A stretch of 64,000 nucleotides of DNA from Antedon mediterranea (lineage: Eukaryota; Animalia; Echinodermata): NCBI RefSeq assembly GCF_964355755.1, contig NC_092671.1:22151317-22215316 (forward strand), written 5' to 3'. Both the position numbers and the translations under genes were made by a program. Positions 36,701-50,600 of this stretch are shown here, piece by piece. Positions within the stretch are counted from its first letter, which is position 1; every line of letters begins with the position of its first letter. Below the pieces are notes generated by a model, which was given only the letters and a program-made list of their open reading frames with translations, had not been told where the DNA came from and searched no databases.

Positions 36701-39700
36701 ATTAAAAAAAAAAAAAAAAAAATATCCCTAGAAGTTCGAACCCACTATTGAAATCACTCAAAACTGAGCATTACCCATTACGCCTCAAACCAGTAGATGA
36801 CTGAAGAGCTGATAATACTCTATTTATATGAAATGAATAATAAATCAATGAAAAATAATGCCATGCAACTTTGTTTCTGATTTTAAAAAAGGTTCACTTG
36901 TTTAGGCCTGACATTTACAACCCTCAAAATATCTCACCTTCAAAAACAATATTTATTTTCAAATAAAAAAAAAAAGAAAAAAAATATCCCTAGAAGTTCG
37001 AACCCACTATTGAAATCACTCAAACCTGAGCATTACCCGTTCGCCGCAAACCAGTATATGACTGAAGAGCTGATATTAGTCTATTTATATGAAATGAATG
37101 ATCAAACAATGAAAAATAATGCCATGCAACTTTGTTTCTGATTTTAAAAAAGGTCCACTTGTTTAGGCCTGACATTTACAACCCTCAAAATATCTCACTT
37201 TCAAAAACAATATTTATTTTCAATTAAAAAAAAAGAAAAAAAATATTCGTAGAGGTTCGAACACACTACTGCGAGAACTCAAACCTGAGCACTACCGGTT
37301 ACGCCACACACCAGTAGATGACTGAAGAGCTGATAACAGTCTATTTATATGAAATGAATGATCCATCAATGTAAAATGATGTTATGCCACTTTGTTTCTG
37401 ATTTTAAAAAAAGGTCCACTTGGTTAGGCTTGACATTTAAAACCCTCAAAATATCTCACTTTCAAAAACGATATTTATTTTCAATTTAAAAAAAAAAGAA
37501 AAAAAATATCCCTTGAGGTTCGACCCACTACTCAGAGCACTCAAACCTGAGCATTACCCCTTACGCCGCAAACCAGTATATGACTTAAGAGCTGATAATA
37601 GTCTATATATATGAAATGAATTATCAATCAATGAAAAATAATGCCATGCAACTTTGTTTCTGATTTTAAAAAAAGGTCCACTTGTTTAGGCCTGACATTT
37701 ACAACCCTCAAAATATCTCACTTTCAAAAACAATATTTATTTTCAATTTTAAAAAAAAGAAAAAAAATACCCGTATAGGTTCGAACCCACTACTGAGAGC
37801 ACTCAAACCTGAGCATTACCCGTTACGCCACAAACCAGTAGATAACTGAAGAGCTGATAATAGTCTATTTATATGAAATTAATGATCAATCAATGAAAAA
37901 TAATGCCATGCAACTTTGTTTCTGATTTTAAAAAAGGTTCACTTGTTTAGGCCTGACATTTACAACCCTCAAAATATCTCACTTTCAAAAACAATATTTA
38001 TTTTCAAATAAAAAAAAAAGAAAAAAAATACCCGTATAGGTTCGAACCCACTACTGAGAGCACTCAAACCTGAGCATTACCCGTTACGCCACAAACCAGT
38101 AGATAACTGAGGAGCTGATAATAGTCTATATATATAAAATAAATGATCAATCAATTAAAAATAATGCCATGCAACTTTGTTTCTGATTTTAAAAAAGGTC
38201 CACTTGTTTAGGCCTGACAGTTGCAACCCTCAAAATATCTCACTTTCAAAAACAATATTTATTTTCAATTAAAAAAAAAAAAAAAAAAATATCCCTAGAA
38301 GTTCGAACCCACTATTGAAATCACTCAAAACTGAGCATTACCCATTACGCCTCAAACCAGTAGATGACTGAAGAGCTGATAATACTCTATTTATATGAAA
38401 TGAATAATAAATCAATGAAAAATAATGCCATGCAACTTTGTTTCTGATTTTAAAAACGGTTCACTTGTTTAGGCCTGACATTTACAACCCTCAAAATATC
38501 TCACCTTCAAAAACAATATTTATTTTCAAATAAAAAAAAAAAGAAAAAAAATATCCCTAGAAGTTCGAACCCACTATTGAAATCACTCAAACCTGAGCAT
38601 TACCCGTTCGCCGCAAACCAGTATAGGACTGAAGAGCTGATAATAGTCTATTTATATGAAATGAATGATCAAACAATGAAAAATAATGCCATGCTGCAAC
38701 TTTGTTTCTGATTTTAAAAAAGGTCCACTTGTTTAGGCCTGACATTTACAACCCTCAAAATATCTCACTTTCAAAAACAATATTTATTTTCAATTAAAAA
38801 AAAGGAAAAAAATATTCGTAGAGGTTCGAACACACTACTGCGAGAACTCAAACCTGAGCACTACCGGTTACGCCACACACCAGTAGATGACTGAAGAGCT
38901 GATAACAGTCTATTTATATGAAATGAATGATCCATCAATGTAAAATGATGTTATGCCACTTTGTTTCTGATTTTAAAAAAAGGTCCACTTGGTTAGGCTT
39001 GACATTTAAAACCCTCAAAATATCTCACTTTCAAAAACCATATTTATTTTCAATTTAAAAAAAAAAGAAAAAAAATATCCCTTGAGGTTCGACCCACTAC
39101 TCAGAGCACTCAAACCTGAGCATTACCCGTTACGCCGCAAACCAGTATATGACTTAAGAGCTGATAATAGTCTATATATATGAAATGAATTATCAATCAA
39201 TGAAAAATAATGCCATGCAACTTTGTTTCTGATTTTAAAAAAAGGTCCACTTGTTTAGGCCTGACATTTACAACCCTCAAAATATCTCACTTTCAAAAAC
39301 AATATTTATTTTCAATTTAAAAAAAAAGAAAAAAAATACCCGTATAGGTTCGAACCCACTACTGAGAGCACTCAAACCTGAGCATTACCCGTTACGCCAC
39401 AAACCAGTAGATAACTGAAGAGCTGATAATAGTCTATTTATATGAAATTAATGATCAATCAATGAAAAATAATGCCATGCAACTTTGTTTCTGATTTTAA
39501 AAAAGGTTCACTTGTTTAGGCCTGACATTTACAACCCTCAAAATATCTCACTTTCAAAAACAATATTTATTTTCAAATAAAAAAAAAGAAAAAAAATACC
39601 CGTATAGGTTCGAACCCACTACTGAGAGCACTCAATCCTGAGCATTACCCGTTACGCCACAAACCAGTAGATGACTGAGGAGCTGATAATAGTCTATATA

Positions 39701-42610
39701 TATAAAATAAATGATCAATCAATGAAAAATAATGCCATGCAACTTTGTTTCTGATTTTAAAAAAGGTCCACTTGTTTAGGCCTGACATTTACAACCCTCA
39801 AAATATCTCACTTTCAAAAACCATATTTATTTTAAATTTAAAAAAAAAAAGAAAAAAAATATCCCTAGAGGTTCGACCCACTACTCAGAGCATTCAAACC
39901 TGAGCGTTACCCGTTACGCCACAAACCAGTAGATGACTGAAGAGCTGATAATAGTCTATTTATATGAAATGAATTATCAATCAATAAAAAATAATGCCAT
40001 GCAACTTTGTTTCTGATTTAAAAAAAGATCCATTTGTTTAGGCCTGACATTCACAACCCTAAAAAATATCTCACTTTCAAAAAAAATATTTATTTTCAAT
40101 TAAAAAAAAAAGAAATGAAATATCTCTAGAGGTTCGAACCCACTACTGCGAGCACTTAAACTTGAGCATTACCCGTTACGCCACAAACCAGTAAATGACT
40201 GAGGAGCTGATAATAGTCTATATATATAAAATAAATGATCAATCAATGAAAAATAATGCCATGCAACTTTGTTTCTGATTTTAAAAAAGGTCCACTTGTT
40301 TAGGCCTGACATTTACAACCCTCAAAATATCTCACTTTCAAAAACCATATTTATTTTCAATTTAAAAAAAAAAAAAGAAAAAAAATATCCCTAGAGGTTC
40401 GACCCACTACTCAGAGCATTCAAACCTGAGCGTTACCCGTTACGCCACAAACCAGTAGATGACTGAAGAGCTGATAATAGTCTATTTATATTAAATGAAT
40501 TATCAATCAATAAAAAATAATGCCATGCAACTTTGTTTCTGATTTAAAAAAAGATCCATTTGTTTAGGCCTGACATTCACAACCCTAAAAAATATCTCAC
40601 TTTCAAAAAAAATATTTATTTTCAATTAAAAAAAAAAGAAATGAAATATCTCTAGAGGTTCGAACCCACTACTGCGAGCACTCAAACTTGAGCATTACCC
40701 GTTACGCCTCAAACCAGAAGATGACTGAAGAGCTGATAATAATCTATTTATATGAAATGAATAATAAATCAATGAAAAATAATGCCATGCAACTTTGTTT
40801 CTGATTTTAAAAAAGTTCACTTGTTTAGGCCTGACATTTACAACACTCAAACTATCTCACTTTCAAAAACAATATTATTTTCAATAAAAAAAAAAGAAAA
40901 AAAATATTCGTAGAGGTTCGAACCCACTACTGCGAGAACTCAAACCTGAGCACTACCGGTTACGCCACAAACCAGTAGATGACTGCGGAGCTGATAATAG
41001 TCTATTTATATGAAATGAATGATCAATCAATGAAAAATAATGCCATGCAACTTTGTTTCTAATTTTAAAAAAGGTCCACTTGTTTAGGCCTGACAGTTGC
41101 AACCCTCAAAATATCTCACTTTCAAAAACAATATTTATTTTCAATTAAAAAAAAAAAAAAAAAAATATCCCTAGAAGTTCGAACCCACTATTGAAATCAC
41201 TCAAAACTGAGCATTACCCATTACGCCTCAAACCAGTAGATGACTGAAGAGCTGATAATACTCTATTTATATGAAATGAATAATAAATCAATGAAAAATA
41301 ATGCCATGCAACTTTGTTTCTGATTTTAAAAAAGGTTCACTTGTTTAGGCCTGACATTTACAACCCTCAAAATATCTCACCTTCAAAAACAATATTTATT
41401 TTCAAATAAAAAAAAAAAGAAAAAAAATATCCCTAGAAGTTCGAACCCACTATTGAAATCACTCAAACCTGAGCATTACCCGTTCGCCGCAAACCAGTAT
41501 ATGACTGAAGAGCTGATATTAGTCTATTTATATGAAATGAATGATCAAACAATGAAAAATAATGCCATGCAACTTTGTTTCTGATTTTAAAAAAGGTCCA
41601 CTTGTTTAGGCCTGACATTTACAACCCTCAAAATATCTCACTTTCAAAAACAATATTTATTTTCAATTAAAAAAAAAGAAAAAAAATATTCGTAGAGGTT
41701 CGAACACACTACTGCGAGAACTCAAACCTGAGCACTACCGGTTACGCCACACACCAGTAGATGACTGAAGAGCTGATAACAGTCTATTTATATGAAATGA
41801 ATGATCCATCAATGTAAAATGATGTTATGCCACTTTGTTTCTGATTTTAAAAAAAGGTCCACTTGGTTAGGCTTGACATTTAAAACCCTCAAAATATCTC
41901 ACTTTCAAAAACGATATTTATTTTCAATTTAAAAAAAAAAGAAAAAAAATATCCCTTGAGGTTCGACCCACTACTCAGAGCACTCAAACCTGAGCATTAC
42001 CCCTTACGCCGCAAACCAGTATATGACTTAAGAGCTGATAATAGTCTATATATATGAAATGAATTATCAATCAATGAAAAATAATGCCATGCAACTTTGT
42101 TTCTGATTTTAAAAAAAGGTCCACTTGTTTAGGCCTGACATTTACAACCCTCAAAATATCTCACTTTCAAAAACAATATTTATTTTCAATTTTAAAAAAA
42201 AGAAAAAAAATACCCGTATAGGTTCGAACCCACTACTGAGAGCACTCAAACCTGAGCATTACCCGTTACGCCACAAACCAGTAGATAACTGAAGAGCTGA
42301 TAATAGTCTATTTATATGAAATTAATGATCAATCAATGAAAAATAATGCCATGCAACTTTGTTTCTGATTTTAAAAAAGGTTCACTTGTTTAGGCCTGAC
42401 ATTTACAACCCTCAAAATATCTCACTTTCAAAAACAATATTTATTTTCAAATAAAAAAAAAAGAAAAAAAATACCCGTATAGGTTCGAACCCACTACTGA
42501 GAGCACTCAAACCTGAGCATTACCCGTTACGCCACAAACCAGTAGATAACTGAGGAGCTGATAATAGTCTATATATATAAAATAAATGATCAATCAATTA
42601 AAAATAATGC
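33720..42610. repeat. Higher-order duplication, 4444-bp period (17 monomers); boundaries approximate
   Basis: The 3-bp insertion GCCATGC-TGC-AAC at 34251 and 38695, with the same downstream order of variants. Confidence 0.85.
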
Positions 42611-45600
42611 CATGCAACTTTGTTTCTGATTTTAAAAAAGGTCCACTTGTTTAGGCCTGACATTTACAACCCTCAAAATATCTCACTTTCAAAAACAATA
42701 TTTATTTTAAATTTAAAAAAAAAAAAGAAAAAAAATATCCCTAGAGGTTCGACCCACTACTCAGAGCATTCAAACCTGAGCGTTACCCGTTACGCCACAA
42801 ACCAGTAGATGACTGAAGAGCTGATAATAGTCTATTTATATGAAATGAATTATCAATCAATAAAAAATAATGCCATGCAACTTTGTTTCTGATTTAAAAA
42901 AAGATCCATTTGTTTAGGCCTGACATTCACAACCCTAAAAAATATCTCACTTTCAAAAAAAATATTTATTTTCAATTAAAAAAAAAAGAAATGAAATATC
43001 TCTAGAGGTTCGAACCCACTACTGCGAGCACTCAAACTTGAGCATTACCCGTTACGCCTCAAACCAGAAGATGACTGAAGAGCTGATAATAATCTATTTA
43101 TATGAAATGAATAATAAATCAATGAAAAATAATGCCATGCAACTTTGTTTCTGATTTTAAAAAAGTTCACTTGTTTAGGCCTGACATTTACAACCTTCAA
43201 ACTATCTCACTTTCAAAAACAATATTATTTTCAATAAAAAAAAAAAGAAAAAAAATATTCGTAGAGGTTCGAACCCACTACTGCGAGAACTCAAACCTGA
43301 GCACTACCAGTTACGCCACAAACCAGTAGATGACTGAAGAGCTGATAATAGTCTATTTATATGAAATTAATGATCAATCAATGAAAAATAATGCCATGCA
43401 ACTTTGTTTCTGATTTTTAAAAAGATCCATTTGTTTAGGCCTGACATTCACAACCCTAAAAAATATCTCATTTTCAAAAAAAAATATTTATTTTAAATAA
43501 TAAAAAAAAAGCAATATCCCTAGAGGTTGGAACCCGCTACTGAGAGCACTCAAACCTGGGTATTACCCGTTACGCCACAAACCAGTAGATAACTGATGAG
43601 TTGATAATAGTCTATTTATATGAAATTAATGATCAATCAATGAAAAATAATGCCATGCCACTTTGTTTCTGATTTTAAAAAAGGTTCATTTGTTTAGGCC
43701 TGACATTTACAACCCTCAAAATATCTCACTTTAAAAAAAAAAATTATTTTCAATTTAAAAAAAACGAAAAGAAATATCCCTAGGGGGTCGAACCCACTAC
43801 TGCGAACACTCAAACTTGAGCATTACCCGTTACTCCTCAAACCAGTAGATGACTGAAGAGCTGATAATACTCTATTTATATGAAATTAATAATAAATCAA
43901 TGAAAAATAATGCCATGCAACCTTGTTTCTGATTTTAAAAAAGGTTCACTTGTTTAGGCCTGACATTTACAACCCTCAAAATATTTCACTTTCAAAAACA
44001 ATATTTATTTTAAATTAAAAAAAAAAAAACCAAAATATCCGTAGAGGTTCGAACCCACTAGTGAGAGCACTCAAATTTGAGCATTACCCGTTACACCACA
44101 AACCAGTAGATGACTGAAGAGCTGATAATACTCTATTTATATGAAATAAATAATAAATCAATGAAAAATAATGCCATGCAACTTTGTTTCTGATTTTAAA
44201 AAAGGTCCACTTGTTTAGGCCTGACATTTACAACCCTCAAAATATCTCACTTTCAAAAACAATATTTATTTTCAATTTAAAAAAAAAAAATCCCTAGAGG
44301 TTCGAACCCACTACTGAAAGCACTCAAACCTGAGCATTATCCGTTACGCCACAAACCAGTAGATGACTGCGGAGCTGATAATAGTCTATTTATATGAAAT
44401 GAATGATCAATCAATGAAAAATAATGCCATGCAACTTTGTTTCTGATTTTAAAAAAAGTCCACTTGTTTAGGCCTGACAGTTGCAACCCTCAAAATATCT
44501 CACTTTCAAAAACAATATTTATTTTCAATTAAAAAAAAAAGAAAAAAAATACCCGTATAGGTTCGAACCCACTACTGAGAGCACTCAAACCTGAGCATTA
44601 CCGTTACACCACAAACCAGTAGATAACTGAAGAGCTGAAAATAGTCTATTTATATGAAATGGATGATCAATCAATGAAAAATAATGCCATGCAACTTTGT
44701 TTCTGATTTTAAAAAAGGTTCACTTGTTTAGGCCTGACATTTACAACCCTCAAAATATCTCACCGTCAAAAACAATATTTATTTTCAAATAAAAAAAAAA
44801 GAAAAAAAATATCCCTAGAAGTTCGAACCCACTATTGAAATCACTCAAACCTGAGCATTACCCGTTCGCCGCAAACCATTTTATGACTGAAGAGCTGATA
44901 ATAGTCTATTTATATGAAATACATGATCAATCAATGAAAAATAATGCCATGCAACTTTGTTTCTGATTTTAAAAAAGGTTCACTTGTTTAGGCCTGACAG
45001 TTGCAACCCTAAAAATATCTCACTTTCAAAAACAATATTTATTTTCAATTAAAAAAAAAAGAAAAAAAAAATACCCGTATAGGTTCGAACCCACTACTGA
45101 AAGCACTCAAACCTGAGCATTATCCGTTACGCCACAAACCAGTAGATGACTGCGGAGCTGATAATAGTCCATTTATATGAAATGAATGATCAATCAATGA
45201 AAAATAATGCCATGCAACTTTGTTTCTGATTTTAAAAAAGGTCCACTTGTTTAGGCCTGACATTTACAACCCTCAAAATATCTCACTTTCAAAAACAATA
45301 TTTATTTTCAATTAAAAAAAAAAGAAAAAAAATATTCGTAGAGGTTCGAACCCACTACTGCGAGAACTCAAACCTGAGCACTACCGGTTACGCCACAAAC
45401 CAGTAGATGACTGAAAAGCTGATAACAGTCTATTTATATGCAATGAATGATCCATCAAAGTAAAATGATGTTATGCAACTTTGTTTCTGATTTTAAAAAA
45501 AGGTCCACTTGGTTAGGCTTGACATTTAAAACCCTCAAAATATCTCACTTTCAAAAACCATATTTATTTTCAATTTAAAAAAAAAGAAAAAAAAATCCCT

Positions 45601-47699
45601 TGAGGTTCGACCCACTACTCAGAGCACTCAAACCTGAACATTACCCGTTACGCCACAAACCAGTAGATGACTGAAGAGCTGATAATAGTCTATTTATATG
45701 AAATAAATTATCAATCAATGAAAAATAATGCCATGCAACTTTGTTTCTGATTTTAAAAAAGGTCCACTTGTTTAGGCCTGACATTTACAACCCTCAAAAT
45801 ATCTCACTTTCAAAAACCATATTTATTTTCAATGTAAAAAAAAAGAAAAAACGTATCCCTAGAGGTTCGACCAACTACTCAGAGCACTCAAACCTGAGCA
45901 TTACTCGTTACGCCACAAACCAGTAGATGACTGAAGAGCTGGTAATAGTCTATTTATATGGAATGAATTATCAATCAATGAAAAATAATGCCATGCAACT
46001 TTGTTTCTGATTTTAAAAAAGATCCATTTGTTTAGGCCTGACATTTACAACCCTAAAAAATATCTCATTTTCAAAAAAAATATTTATTTTCAATAAGAAA
46101 AAAAAAAGCAATATCCCTAGAGGTTGGAACCCACTAGTGAGAGCACTCAAACTTGAGCATTACCCGTTACGCCACAAACCAGTAGATGACTGAAGAGCTG
46201 ATAATACTCTATTTATATGAAATAAATAATAAATCAATGAAAAATAATGCCATGCAACTTTGTTTCTGATTTTAAAAAAGGTCCACTTGTTTAGGCCTGA
46301 CATTTACAACCCTCAAACTATCTCACTTTCAAAAACCATATTTATTTTAAATTTAAAAAAAAAAGAAAACAAATATTCGTAGAGGTTCGAATCCACCACT
46401 GCGAGAACTCAAACCTGAGCACTACCAGTTACGCTACAAACCAGTAGATGACTGAAGAGCTGATAATAGTCTATTTATATGAAATTAATAATAAATCAAT
46501 GAAAAATAATGCCATGCAACTTTGTTTCTGATTTTAAACAAGGTTCACTTGTTTAGGCCTGACATTTACAACCCTCAAAATATCTCACTTTCAAAAACAA
46601 TATTTATTTAAAAAAAAAAAAAAAAAAAAAAATATCCGTAGAGGTTCGAACCCACTAGTGAGAGCACTCAAACTTGATCATTACCCGTTACGCCACAAAC
46701 CAGTAGATGACTGAAGAGCTGATAATACTCTATTTGTATGAAATAAATAATAAATCAATGAAAAATAATGCCATGCAACTTTGTTTCTGATTTTAAAAAA
46801 GGTCCACTTGTTTAGGCCTGACATTTACAACCCTCAAAGTATCTCACTTTCAAAAACAATATTTATTTTCAATAAAAAAAAAAAAAAAAAAAATATTCGT
46901 AGAGGTTCGAACCCACTACTGCGAGAACTCAAACCTGAGCATTACCCGTTACGCCTCAAACCAGTAGATGACTGAAGAGCTGATAATACTCTATTTATAT
47001 GAAATTAATAATAAATCAATGAAAAATAATGCAATGCAACTTTGTTTCTGATTTTAAAAAAGGTTCACTTGTTTAGGCCTGACATTTACAACCCTCAAAA
47101 TATCTCACTTTCAAAAACAATATTTATTTTAAATAAAAGAAAAAAAATGTCCGTAGAGGTTCGAACCCACTAGTGAGAGCACTCAAACTTGAGCATTACC
47201 CGTTACGCCACAAACCAGTAGATAACTGAAGAGCTGGTAATAGTCTATTTATATGAAATGAATGATCAATCAATGAAAAATAATGCCATGCAACTTTGTT
47301 TCTGATTTTAAAAAAGGTCCACTTGTTTAGGCCTGACATTTACAACCCTCAAAATATCTCACTTTCAAAAACAATATTTTTTTCAATAAAAAAAAAAAAG
47401 AAAAAAAATATTCGTAGAGGTTCGAACCCACTACTGCGAAAACTCAAACCTGAGCATTACCCGTTACGCCTCAAACCAGTAGATGACTGAAGAGCTGATA
47501 ATACTCTATTTATATGAAATTAATAATAAATCAATGAAAAATAATGCCATGCAACTTTGTTTCTGATTTTAAAAAAGGTCCACTTGTTTAGGCCTGACAG
47601 TTGCAACCCTCAAAATATCTCACTTTCAAAAACAATATTTATTTTCAATAAAAAAAAAAAGAAAAAAAATACCCGTATAGGTTCGAACCCACTACTGAG

Positions 47700-50600
47700 A
47701 GCACTCAAACCTGAGCATTACCCGTTACGCCACAAACCAGTAGATGACTGAAGAGCTGACAATACTCTATTTATATGAAATAAATAATAAATCAATGAAA
47801 AATAATGCCATGCAACTGTGTTTCTGATTTTAAAAAAGGTCCACTTGTTTAGGCCTGACATTTACACCCTCAAAATATCTCACTTTCAAAATCCATATTT
47901 ATTTTCAATTTAAAAAAAAAAGAAAAAAAATATCCCTAGAGGTTCGACCCACTACTCAGAGCACTCAAACCTGAGCATTACCCGTTACGCCACAAACCAG
48001 TAGATGACTGAAGAGCTGATAATAGTCTATTTATATGAAATGAATGATCAATCAATGAAAAATAATGCCATGCAACTTTGTTTCTGATTTTAAAAAATAT
48101 CCATTTGTTTAGGCCTGACATTCACAACCCTAAAAAATATCTCATTTTCAAAAAAAAACATTTATTTTCAATAAGAAAAAAAAAAGCAATATCCCTAGAG
48201 GTTCGAACCCACTACTGCGAGAACTCAAACCTGAGCATTACCCGTTACGCCTCAAACCAGTAGATGACTGAAGAGCTGATAATACTCTATTTATATGACA
48301 TTAATAATAAATCAATGAAAAATAATGCCATGCAACTTTGTTTCTGATTTTAAAAAAGGTTCACTTGTTTAGGCCTGACATTTACAACCCTCAAAATATC
48401 TCACTTTCAAAAACAATATTTATTTTAAATAAAAAAAAAAAAGAAACAAAATATCCGTAGAGGTTCGAACCCACTAGTGAGAGCACTCAAACTTGAGCAT
48501 TACCCGTTACGCCACAAACCAGTAGATGACTGAAGAGCTGATAATAATCTATTTATATGAAATTAATAATAAATCAATGAAAAATAATGCCATGCAACTT
48601 TGTTTCTGATTTTAAAAAAGGTCCACTTGTTTAGGCCTGACATTTACAACCCTCAAAATATCTCACTTTCAAAAACAATATTTTTTCAATTAAAAAAAAA
48701 AAAGAAATAAAATATCAGTAGAGGTTCGAACCCACTAGTGAGAGCACTCAAACTTGAGCATTACCCGCTACGCCACAATCCAGTAGATGACTGAAGAGCT
48801 GATAATACTCTATTTATATGAAATAAATAATAAATCAATGAAAAATAAGGCCATGCAACTTTGTTTCTGATTTTAAAAAAGGTTCATTTGTTTAGGCCTG
48901 TCATTTACAACCCTCAAAATATCTCACCTACAAAAAAAATATTTATTTTCAATAAAAAAAAAAGAAAAGAAATATCCCTAGAGGTTCGAACCCACTACTG
49001 CGAGCACTCAAACTTGAGCATTACCCGTTACGCCTCAAACCAGTAGATGACTGAAGAGCTGATAATACTCTATTTATATGAAATGAATAATAAATCAATG
49101 AAAAATAATGCCATGCAACTTTGTTTCTGATTTTAAAAAACGTTCAATTGTTTAGGCCTGACATTTACAACCCTCAAAATATCTCACCGTCAAAAACAAT
49201 ATTTATTTTCAAATAAAAAAAAAGAAAAAAAATATCCCTAGAAGTTCGAACCCACTATTGAAATCACTCAAACCTGAGCATTACCCGTTCGCCGCAAACC
49301 ATTTTATGACTGTAAGAGCTGATAATAGTCTATTTATATGAAATAGATGATCAATCAATGAAAAATAATGCCATGCAACTTTGTTTCTGATTTTAAAAAA
49401 GGTTCACTTGTTTAGGCCTGACAGTTGCAACCCTAAAAATATCTCACTTTCAAAAACAATATTTATTTTAAATTAAAAAAAAAAGAAAAACAAAATACCA
49501 GTATAGGTTCGAACCCACTACTGAAAGCACTCAAACCTGAGCATTATCCGTTACGCCACAAACCAGTAGATAACTGCGGAGCTGATAATAGTCCATTTAT
49601 ATGAAATGAATGATCAATCAATGAAAAATAATGCTATGCAACTTTGTTTCTGATTTTAAAAACGGTCCACTTGTTTAGGCCTGACATTTACAACCCTCAA
49701 AATATCTCACTTTCAAAAACAATATTTATTTTCAATTAAAAAAAAAAGAAAAAAAATATTCGTAGAGGTTCGAACCCACTACTGCGAGAACTCAAACCTG
49801 AGCATTACCCGTTACGCCTCAAACCAGTAGATGACTGAAGAGCTGATAATACTCTATTTATATGAAATTAATAATAAATCAATGAAAAATAATGCCATGC
49901 AACTTTGTTTCTGATTTTAAAAAAGGTTCACTTGTTTAGGCCTGACATTTACAACCCTCAAAATATCTCACTTTCAAAAACAATATTTATTTTAAATAAA
50001 AAAAAAAAAGAAACAAAATATCCGTAGAGGTTCGAACCCACTAGTGAGAGCACTCAAACTTGAGCATTACCCGTTACGCCACAAACCAGTAGATGACTGA
50101 AGAGCTGACAATACTCTATTTATATGAAATAAATAATAAATCAATGAAAAATAATGCCATGCAACTGTGTTTCTGATTTTGAAAAAAGGTCCACTTGTTT
50201 AGGCCTGACATTTACAACCCTCAAAATATCTCACTTTCAAAAACAATATTTTTTTCAATAAAAAAAAAAAAGAAAAAAAATATTCGTAGAGGTTCGAACC
50301 CACTACTGCGAAAACTCAAACCTGAGCATTACCCGTTACGCCTCAAACCAGTAGATGACTGAAGAGCTGATAATACTCTATTTATATGAAATTAATAATA
50401 AATCAATGAAAAATAATGCCATGCAACTTTGTTTCTGATTTTAAAAAAGGTTCACTTGTTTAGGCCTGACAATTACAACCCTCAAAATATCTCACTTTCA
50501 AAAACAATATTTATTTTAAATAAAAAAAAATAAAAAACAAAATATCCGTAGAGGTTCGAACCCACTAGTGAGAGCACTCAAACTTGAGCATTACCCGTTA

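Noticed and set aside
46531-46545. TTTTAAACAAGG as an excision footprint of the AACAAG-ended element (also ~60865)
   Set aside because: It has the same length as the consensus TTTTAAAAAAGG, so a single A-to-C substitution suffices.
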